NCBI GenBank assembly: GCA_047601445.1 | Contig: JASGJH010000001.1 | Location: 8,736,001-8,800,000, forward strand | Origin: Myxococcales bacterium | Lineage (GTDB): Bacteria > Myxococcota_A > Polyangia > Polyangiales > DASUME01 | Reading direction: 5' to 3' | Length of the DNA stretch: 64,000 bases | Shown here: piece after piece, positions 56,918-64,000 of the stretch | Layout of the letters: every line of letters begins with the position of its first letter | How positions within the stretch are numbered: position 1 is the stretch's first letter | Made by a program: the position numbers and the translations under genes | The notes under the pieces: generated by a model | What the model saw: only the letters and a program-made list of their open reading frames with translations | What the model was told of the DNA's origin: nothing | Database searches by the model: none

Positions 56918-58795
56918 ATGATTCAACGCTCCAGTTTCAAGCTCTACAGCGCGTTGCTGCTCGCCAGCGCCGCCTGCGGTGGTGACGTCAACGGCGGCCA
57001 CATGCTCGACGAAGATGCCGGCGAGACCATGGACGCCTCGCACATGGGCATGCCTGAGGCAGGGCCCGCTCCGGTCGTGGATGCGGGCAGCGATGCCGCG
57101 GTGGAGGACCCCTACCAGGTGTGCTCCTCGGACGGCTGGTGCTTCGAGCAGCCGCTACCCACGGTGGCCGATCTGTTCACGGGCGTGCGCGTGAGTCCGA
57201 CGCAGGCGTGGTTCGGCGGCGAACGCGGCACCTTGCTGTCCTACGACGGCGTGGGAATCGCGGGTGCAGCCAGCGGCACCGAGTCTGCGCTCCGGGGCAT
57301 GTTCGCGTTCTCGCCCACGGACGCCTGGGCGGTCGGCGATGCGACCACCGTGCTGCGCTTCGACGGCACCAAGTGGAGCCCGCTCGCCACGGGCACCGAC
57401 GGCGGGACGGCCGCACCCGAGGAGCTCCAGGCAGTGTGGGGCGCCAGCGCGGACGACGTCTGGATCGTGGGTCGAGCGGGGGCGCTCTGGCGTGCGCAGG
57501 CGGGTGTCCTCGCCAAGCAGACGGCTCCTTCGGGCGATCACTTCCACGCCATCTGGGGCAGCTCCGCGAGCGACATCTTTGCGGTCGGCGACAAGGGCGC
57601 GTCGATGCACTACGACGGCACCAAGTGGACCAAGAGTCCCGCGCTTCCGAGCACCGGCAAGAACCTGCTCGCCATCCACGGCACGGGGCCCACGGACGTC
57701 TGGGCCGTCGGCGCAGCCGGCATCGTGCTGCACTTCGACGGCATGAAGTGGAGCGCGGTGGAGCTCACGCTGCCCAAGGTGGACCTGTGGGCGGTGCGAG
57801 CCATCTCGGCCACGGAGGTCCTGGTGGTCGGCGCCGAAGGAGCAACTTATCGCTACGACGGTACCACCTGGCACGCGCTCACCAGCGGCGTGGACGAGAT
57901 CATCCACGGCATCGTGCCCGGTGAAGCCGGTCGCTTCATGACCGTGGGCAACCACGGCACCGCCATCGAGTGGAATGGCGAGGTCCGTAATACGTTCAGC
58001 GAAGGTCCGCGCACCAACCACCTGGCGCAGTTCGACGGCAAAGACGGCGCGCTCTGGATCCTCGGCGATGGCACCGAGAAGCTCACCGAAGCCGGCTATG
58101 AAACCGTCGACACCGGCACGCCCCGCTCGCTCTACGGTGGCTTCGCGCCGTCGGCTGCGGTCGCGTGGGCGGTGGGCACCAACGGCACCATCGTGCGGCG
58201 CAAGGACGGCAAGTTCGCCCCAATGGAGAGCGGCACCATGAACTGGCTGCGGTCCGTATGGGGTCCCAACGAGAGCAGCGCCTGGTTGGTCGGCGACAAG
58301 GGCACCGTGCTCGGTCTCTTGAACGGTGCGTCCTGGCAGAAGATCTCGGCGGGAGCGACAGTCGACCTCTACGCGGTCTGGGGCACTTCGCTCGAGGATG
58401 CCTGGACGGTGGGCGACATGGGCACGGCGGTGCACTGGGACGGCACGTCCTGGACGCCGATCGCCACCAACTCCACGGCGGGCCTGCGCTCGCTCTGGGG
58501 CAGCGCGGCCAACGACGTGTGGGCCGCCGGCACGCTGGGTACGGTGCTGCACTGGAATGGACAAGCCTGGGTAATCTCCCAGAGCGGCGCTGGCTACTCA
58601 TTGAATTCGATCTGGGGCACGGGTCCCAGCGACATCTATGCGGTCGGCAGCGGCGGCACCATCGTGCACTACGATGGCAGCGCGTGGACCCAGCAGAGCT
58701 CTCCCACCGATCGCGCACTGTTCTCGGTGATGGCTGGCCCCGATGGTGTGTTGCGTGCCGTCGGTGAGGACGGCGTAGTGCTCACCAAGCGCTAG
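56918..58795 (+). CDS. Beta-propeller (WD40/YVTN/BNR-like) repeat lipoprotein
   Basis: SAAC lipobox; many L..VWG....DVWAVG..G..LHxDG..W repeats. Confidence 0.85.
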   Translation: MIQRSSFKLYSALLLASAACGGDVNGGHMLDEDAGETMDASHMGMPEAGPAPVVDAGSDAAVEDPYQVCSSDGWCFEQPLPTVADLFTGVRVSPTQAWFGGERGTLLSYDGVGIAGAASGTESALRGMFAFSPTDAWAVGDATTVLRFDGTKWSPLATGTDGGTAAPEELQAVWGASADDVWIVGRAGALWRAQAGVLAKQTAPSGDHFHAIWGSSASDIFAVGDKGASMHYDGTKWTKSPALPSTGKNLLAIHGTGPTDVWAVGAAGIVLHFDGMKWSAVELTLPKVDLWAVRAISATEVLVVGAEGATYRYDGTTWHALTSGVDEIIHGIVPGEAGRFMTVGNHGTAIEWNGEVRNTFSEGPRTNHLAQFDGKDGALWILGDGTEKLTEAGYETVDTGTPRSLYGGFAPSAAVAWAVGTNGTIVRRKDGKFAPMESGTMNWLRSVWGPNESSAWLVGDKGTVLGLLNGASWQKISAGATVDLYAVWGTSLEDAWTVGDMGTAVHWDGTSWTPIATNSTAGLRSLWGSAANDVWAAGTLGTVLHWNGQAWVISQSGAGYSLNSIWGTGPSDIYAVGSGGTIVHYDGSAWTQQSSPTDRALFSVMAGPDGVLRAVGEDGVVLTKR

Positions 58796-58803
58796 GACAC
58801 CCC

Positions 58804-59661
58804 CTAGCGCGACAGGGTTTCTTCGAGCCGGCTCTTCAGCTGACCTACGTAGCTTGCCCCGAACAGGCATACGTGCACGAGCAGCGGATAGAGCTGGCAC
58901 AGGGCCACGCGTTGCTCGGCCCGTGGGGCCCGCGGATACACTTCGTCGTAAGCGCGGAAGAGGCGCTCGGACGGTGACCCGAACAGCGACAGCATGGCCA
59001 AATCCATCTCGCGATGGCCGCCGTAGACCGCGGGATCGATCAGCACTGGGGCGCCCCGTTCGTCGCAGTGCACATTCCCGCTCCAGAGGTCGCCATGCAG
59101 TCGACTCGGCGGCTCGTCCGGTCCCGCGAGCTCGGGCAAGCGCTCGCGCAGCTCCTCGAAGCGCAGGAGCAACAATCCCGCAAGCAGACCGCGCGCACCC
59201 GCGCGAGCCAGCAGCGGCTTTAGCCGCTCGCTCCAATAGAACGCCGGCCAACTCGCGCTCTCGCGATTCGATTGCCCAAGCGAACCGATGAAATTCTCCC
59301 GCGCCAGTCCGAAGGTCGGCGCCCCTGCCTGGTGCACGCGCGCCAGCCCTCGCCCGAGCTGCTCCTCGAAGTCCCGTGCGCGAGCCCTCGCCTCGATCCA
59401 CTCGAGCACCAGGAACTCGCGTGTGGCCAACTCCACTTTGGGCACCCGCAGCGCCCCCACCTCGGCGAGCCATGCGAGCCCTTCTGCCTCGCGCGCGTAC
59501 ATCTCCGGTGGGGCGCCCGCCCGCGTCTTCACGAAACGCAGGCTGCCGTCGCTCAGCTGCGCCCGGAAGGCCTCGTTGATGTCGCCGCCCGGAACCCGCG
59601 TGAGGTCCACAATCTCGCGCCCCAGCGTGCTCGCTAGGGCACGCCGCAGGGCCTCGCTCAC
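58804..59661 (-). CDS. Fructosamine/ribulosamine 3-kinase family
   Basis: GGDIN, FVK, LHGDLWSGN, IDPAVYGGHREMDL; GTGA overlap with PTP. Confidence 0.92.
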   Translation of the reverse strand: MSEALRRALASTLGREIVDLTRVPGGDINEAFRAQLSDGSLRFVKTRAGAPPEMYAREAEGLAWLAEVGALRVPKVELATREFLVLEWIEARARARDFEEQLGRGLARVHQAGAPTFGLARENFIGSLGQSNRESASWPAFYWSERLKPLLARAGARGLLAGLLLLRFEELRERLPELAGPDEPPSRLHGDLWSGNVHCDERGAPVLIDPAVYGGHREMDLAMLSLFGSPSERLFRAYDEVYPRAPRAEQRVALCQLYPLLVHVCLFGASYVGQLKSRLEETLSR

Positions 59662-60164
59662 AGGCCGTGCTCCCGCTGCACGTGCGCCAAGAGCCCGCGG
59701 CACGCCGAGTCACAGATATCGAAGACGCGCTCGAAGCCCTCGGGGCCGCCGTAGTACGGGTCCGGCACGCTCAGATCGTCCCGCGCGTGCTCGGGCTCGA
59801 ACGAGCGCAGCAAGTGCACCTTGGAGCGCGCCGCGGGCGTGCTCGCCAGAGCCAGCAAATTGCGCTGATTTTGCTCGTCCATGGCCAACACGTAGTGGAA
59901 GCGCTCGAAGTCGCTGCGCTCGAATGCCCGCGCGATGCTCGGCAGGTCGACCCCGCGCGCCTGCGCCGTTTGGCGGCTGCGGCGGTCGGCGCGCTCGCCG
60001 ACGTGGTAGGCGGCCGTGCCCGCGCTGTCGATCTCGATGCGCCCGGCCAGGCCCGCGGTCTTCACCAACGCCAACATGATGCCCTCGGCGGTCGGCGATC
60101 GACAGATGTTGCCGAGGCACACGAAGCAGATGCGCACGCGTTCGCCGTCCATGTCCTGCCTCAC
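59658..60164 (-). CDS. Low-molecular-weight protein-tyrosine phosphatase
   Basis: CLGNICRS, DSAG, VPDPYYG. Confidence 0.94.
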   Translation of the reverse strand: MRQDMDGERVRICFVCLGNICRSPTAEGIMLALVKTAGLAGRIEIDSAGTAAYHVGERADRRSRQTAQARGVDLPSIARAFERSDFERFHYVLAMDEQNQRNLLALASTPAARSKVHLLRSFEPEHARDDLSVPDPYYGGPEGFERVFDICDSACRGLLAHVQREHGL

Positions 60165-61621
60165 TCCGTGATGACGACCAAGCTTCCCGTGTAGCCGGTC
60201 TTCTGCGTGGACACGCCGTGCCAGCCAGGGGCCACCACCGGCCAGGTGTGCTGGAAGATGTAGAACGCGTCAGCCGGGGCCAGGTTCACGCAGCCGTGGG
60301 AGCGCTTGATGCCGAACTGCGAGTGCCAGAACGCTCCGTGCAGCGCGCGCGCGCCATCGAAGTACTGGGTCCACGGCACATCGTCGATGCTGTACCGGTT
60401 GTCGGCCACGTCGGCTCCGATGTCGGCCATGCTGTCCGACACGTACTTCTTGTGGATGCGAAAGCTGCCGAGCGGCGTGGCGTGCTCCACCAGGCCCGAC
60501 GAGATCAGCGTCGCGTAGATGGGCTCGTCCCCCACGTAGAGCACCAGGGTTTGCTCACCCACGTCCACGTGCACCCAGGGCTCTTTGGGGCCGACTTCCT
60601 TGGGCCGCGCCATCTTCTCGGCCACCGCCAGGTACCAGTCGTACAGATAGGTGCCGTCGCTCAGCTCGTGCATCAGCTTGCCGTCGACGCGCGCCCAACC
60701 CTTCCAGTTGCTCACCACCGACAGCCGCTCGAACGGCTTGGCATCGGGCGCATCGACCCAGTTCACGCTGCCATCGGCGCGCGTCTTCGGGACCTGCGGC
60801 GTGGCTCCGCGCACTGCCCACACGGCGGGTAACGTCTTTCCGTCCTTGAGCTCCACGCCGTGAAACGAGGGCCCTGACTTGGGCTCGAGCTGCTGCGCCT
60901 TGATGTAGCTCCCTCGCACGGAACGCGCGAACGTCCGCTGCGAGCGCACCAGCGTGCCCGTGGAGGCCACGTAGAAACCGCGCTCCAAAAACCGGCGAAT
61001 CACCGCGTGCTTGGTGGGCTGCCCCGGCAGGCTGCCCTCGAGGAACTTCTTGAGCTTCTGTGCGTTGCCCTCGAGCTCCAGCTTCTGCCACATGTCCGAG
61101 TAGGCCGCCGCGGCGCGCTGTTGATCGCGCGACGGCAGCTGGTGGTACTCGGGCACCTTGGCGTCCTTCACCAGGTAGTACTGGTAGGGCATGGGCGCGT
61201 TGCGGTTGGCTTCGGAGCGGTCTTCCTCGGCCACCTGCGGAGCGCCCGGCGACACGTCGATGCCTTCGCCCGCGCACACGAACCCCTTGGGGTGGATCTC
61301 GTGCCAGCCGCTCTTGCAGGTCGCACTCTTCAGGGTGCTCGGCTTGAGCCGTATGATCTCACCGCGACGCAGCCAGCCCAGCGCGATGCCCTCCGGAGCC
61401 GCCTCCTTGCGCACCGTGATGGCGGTGCCGCTGACGCGCCCGTAGAGCGGGAAGTCTTGGTAGGGATCGGGCCCCAGGTTCGCGGCACCCACCTGGCCCG
61501 TCTGCTCTGGTGTGCCCTCGGCCGCGTTCGCACCTTCGGCCTTCGAGCAGCCTGCGGCCAGCGCCAGGAGCAGAAGAGGCAGGGCAAAACGGGGTCTCGA
61601 TAGCCGCACGGGACCCTTCAT
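60161..61621 (-). CDS. L,D-transpeptidase lipoprotein with SH3-like N-domain
   Basis: AAGC lipobox; ALHGAFWH...SHGCVNL. Confidence 0.9.
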   Translation of the reverse strand: MKGPVRLSRPRFALPLLLLALAAGCSKAEGANAAEGTPEQTGQVGAANLGPDPYQDFPLYGRVSGTAITVRKEAAPEGIALGWLRRGEIIRLKPSTLKSATCKSGWHEIHPKGFVCAGEGIDVSPGAPQVAEEDRSEANRNAPMPYQYYLVKDAKVPEYHQLPSRDQQRAAAAYSDMWQKLELEGNAQKLKKFLEGSLPGQPTKHAVIRRFLERGFYVASTGTLVRSQRTFARSVRGSYIKAQQLEPKSGPSFHGVELKDGKTLPAVWAVRGATPQVPKTRADGSVNWVDAPDAKPFERLSVVSNWKGWARVDGKLMHELSDGTYLYDWYLAVAEKMARPKEVGPKEPWVHVDVGEQTLVLYVGDEPIYATLISSGLVEHATPLGSFRIHKKYVSDSMADIGADVADNRYSIDDVPWTQYFDGARALHGAFWHSQFGIKRSHGCVNLAPADAFYIFQHTWPVVAPGWHGVSTQKTGYTGSLVVITE

Positions 61622-61638
61622 GTAACGATCGGCGGCCA

Positions 61639-62499
61639 ATGAGCAAGTTCTGGTTGCGGGAGAGCGAGCGAGGGCTCGTGATCCAGGGAGACAACGAGGC
61701 GGTCCTGCCCGAGTTACCCGCGGCGAGCGTCGATCTCATCTACATCGATCCCCCCTTCAACACGGGGCGGCCACAGGAACGTCTGCAGCTGCGCACCAGG
61801 CGGGACCCTACTGGAGATCGCACGGGATTTCAGGGCGCCCGCTACCGCACAGAGCGGATAGCGAGCGAGCGCTACGAGGACAGCTTCGAGGATTACCTCG
61901 CGTTCCTGGAGCCGCGTCTCGCCCACGCCCACAGACTGCTCAAACCGACGGGAAGCTTCTACTTCCACATCGACTATCGCGAGGTTCACTACTGCAAGGT
62001 GCTGCTCGATCGCATCTTCGGGCGCGCGGCCTTCCTCAACGAGATCATCTGGGCCTACGACTACGGAGCGCGCACCAAGCGGCGCTGGCCCGCCAAGCAC
62101 GACAACATCCTGGTTTACGTGCGCGATCCCAAGCAGTACCACTTCGACACCGCCGAGGTGGACCGCATCCCCTACATGGCGCCTGGCCTCGTCGGGCCCG
62201 AGAAAGCCGCGCGCGGCAAGCTACCGACCGACACCTGGTGGCACACCATCGTGAGCCCTACCGGCAAAGAAAAGCTGGGCTATCCCACGCAAAAGCCCGT
62301 TGGCATCCTCGAGCGCATCGTGCGCGCCTCCTGCCCGCCTGGCGGATTGGTGCTCGATTTCTTCGCCGGCAGCGGAACCACCGGCGCGGCCGCGCTGCGC
62401 TCCCAGCGGCGCTTCGTGCTGGTAGACAAGCATCGACCCGCGTTCGACGTGATGACGCGTCGCTTCGATGGAGAGCCGGGAATTCGCTTCGAACCCTGA
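61639..62499 (+). CDS. Orphan N4/N6 DNA methyltransferase (beta order)
   Basis: IDPPF precedes YPTQKP and DFFAGSGTT. Confidence 0.9.
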   Translation: MSKFWLRESERGLVIQGDNEAVLPELPAASVDLIYIDPPFNTGRPQERLQLRTRRDPTGDRTGFQGARYRTERIASERYEDSFEDYLAFLEPRLAHAHRLLKPTGSFYFHIDYREVHYCKVLLDRIFGRAAFLNEIIWAYDYGARTKRRWPAKHDNILVYVRDPKQYHFDTAEVDRIPYMAPGLVGPEKAARGKLPTDTWWHTIVSPTGKEKLGYPTQKPVGILERIVRASCPPGGLVLDFFAGSGTTGAAALRSQRRFVLVDKHRPAFDVMTRRFDGEPGIRFEP

Positions 62500-62510
62500 C
62501 GTCAGGTCCG

Positions 62511-63053
62511 TCAGGCGTGCACGGTCTTGTCGAGTCCGCCGTTCCGAATCCACTGGTTCATCACGCGGGCTTCGATCTCGAGCAGGCGCTTGGCTTCGCG
62601 CGCGATCATCTGCTCGACCATGCCGGCCATCGGGCGCACCAGCAGGGGCAGGCTGTGCAGCTTGATCTCTGCCTTGGTGCGGCGGTGGGTCTTGCCGGAG
62701 GGCAGGGGGGTGAGCTGGATCTCGCCCTGGTTGAGGAAGCGCTCACGCACTTTGTCCGCGACGGGCACGTTGTTGAAGGCCAGCGTGCGCGTGCGTTTGT
62801 CCCAGGTGCTCGACTCGACGAACTCGAACCAGTTCGAGGGCACCTCTTTGAAGCCCACGTGGTCGAAGGCCGGCCGGGCAACGTAGTGCACCCGACGCCG
62901 AATCTGCGCTGGGCTCTCCTCGAGCGCCTGCGGATGGGCGCCGGTGAGGATCTCGTGGTGCGCCACCAGGAACGCGAGGTATTCCGGATGGAACATCGCG
63001 GCCTCGATGGTCTCCACGGGCGCCTCGAGGATATGTTCTACCTCAAAGTACAT
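62511..63053 (-). CDS. DUF2505/SRPBCC-like lipid-binding fold protein
   Basis: MYFEVEH start, EFVESSTWD, C-terminal helix. Confidence 0.65.
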   Translation of the reverse strand: MYFEVEHILEAPVETIEAAMFHPEYLAFLVAHHEILTGAHPQALEESPAQIRRRVHYVARPAFDHVGFKEVPSNWFEFVESSTWDKRTRTLAFNNVPVADKVRERFLNQGEIQLTPLPSGKTHRRTKAEIKLHSLPLLVRPMAGMVEQMIAREAKRLLEIEARVMNQWIRNGGLDKTVHA

Positions 63054-63138
63054 CGCCTACATGGTTACCACGCCCGAGCGACTCAAGGAAGCGCACCCTG
63101 GTGAAGCGTCGAAGGCCGGGGGCGAACGGATGGAACCC

Positions 63139-63543
63139 CTACCCGGCGTCGTCTGAGTCGGTGTCCTTGAGCAGCGAAAGTCCCAGGAAATCCCGGAGAG
63201 ATTCGTCGCCCACGCTGACCTGGTCGAAGCGCACTCCAAGGCCCGGACGGTCGCCTGCCGCAGGTGACACTCGGCGCACCACTTGGCCTTCGGCGATCAC
63301 GGGGTCGAGACCTGGCAGCTTGAGCGTGACCTTCACGTCGACGCCTGGCGCCATCGGTAGCGCGGTGCGCAGGAACAGCCCGCCTCGACCGATGTCCACC
63401 GTGGTGCCAAATACCGTCGCGTCCTGGTGTTCCAGCCAACAGCCGCAGCGCACTGCGACACGCTGATACTGACGGGGGCGCCGACGGGTCTTTCCCGCCG
63501 GGACCGTGGCCTGCAGTTCTTCGCGTTGGGCTTGTACCGTCAC
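63139..63543 (-). CDS. Stand-alone PilZ domain protein
   Basis: RQYQR, DIGRGGLF, GLGVRF. Confidence 0.85.
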   Translation of the reverse strand: MTVQAQREELQATVPAGKTRRRPRQYQRVAVRCGCWLEHQDATVFGTTVDIGRGGLFLRTALPMAPGVDVKVTLKLPGLDPVIAEGQVVRRVSPAAGDRPGLGVRFDQVSVGDESLRDFLGLSLLKDTDSDDAG

Positions 63544-63644
63544 GACGCCGCCATCATCTGCTCTCGGTTTATGTATGTCAAGAGCGTGTCTGTCGCAGTG
63601 TTGCCTACATTTCCCTGTCGCTCACAAAACCGCGTGAAGTGCCC

Positions 63645-64000
63645 ATGAAAGTCATTCCCAAAATCCTGACCGCAAGCGCCCTATTCATCGCCGCGGCCTC
63701 GGGCTGCCAGAGCGAGGAGGCTCGTTTGCGGGAGGAGGCCGGTCGACTGGTGGAGCTCTGCGCCGGAATCCAATACAACGACCCGCCCGATGTGCGCGAA
63801 AAGCGCCTCGCAACCCTCGAGCAGGCAGTCTTCGTGAGCCCCGATGTTGTGGCCGCGCGCACAGTTTGTCTGTCGGGCCACCGACAGTTACTGCAGGCGC
63901 AGCGATCACAGGACGAAACCGCTAAGGAATTGGACAAGGCCCTGGCGCAGACGGATGGCGGGGGGCCGCTGGCGGTCGGGACCATCGAGCGCCTGCAGGG
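63645..64000 (+). CDS. Hypothetical lipoprotein (3' partial; absent from the ORF track)
   Basis: My translation MKVIPKILTASALFIAAASGCQSEEARLREE..., no stop before window end. Confidence 0.7.
   Translation, partial: MKVIPKILTASALFIAAASGCQSEEARLREEAGRLVELCAGIQYNDPPDVREKRLATLEQAVFVSPDVVAARTVCLSGHRQLLQAQRSQDETAKELDKALAQTDGGGPLAVGTIERLQ

Noticed and set aside
61639..63053. Restriction-modification system
   Set aside because: The neighbouring gene looks SRPBCC-like and has no nuclease motif

Overview
GC-rich (roughly 68-70% by eye), densely coding chromosomal segment, most likely from a myxobacterium (Myxococcota, probably Polyangiales). The assignment is an inference from Hanks-type kinases, FHA-GGDEF, AgmX/PglI-like, IgGFc-binding and GDGDG/Cys-rich lipoproteins. 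About 55 genes can be supported. They include a DUF58-transglutaminase-MoxR-TPR operon, GT-C-type membrane proteins with an HTTM pair, formaldehyde detoxification (frmA-fghA), a FabR/DesT-desaturase unit with candidate operators, c-di-GMP proteins, trpS, a hybrid kinase whose Hpt domain is cut off by a 1-nt frameshift, a candidate sigma54-driven sulfatase plus diheme cytochrome c-rhodanese unit, a secreted Cys-rich adhesin-like operon and an orphan DNA methyltransferase. The most striking signal is three tandem 455-aa lipoprotein paralogs (33888-38358). Their 30 central cysteines have a perfectly mirror-symmetric spacing, suggesting a ~200-residue disulfide-laddered hairpin stalk. No rRNA, tRNA, CRISPR array or mobile element was recognised.
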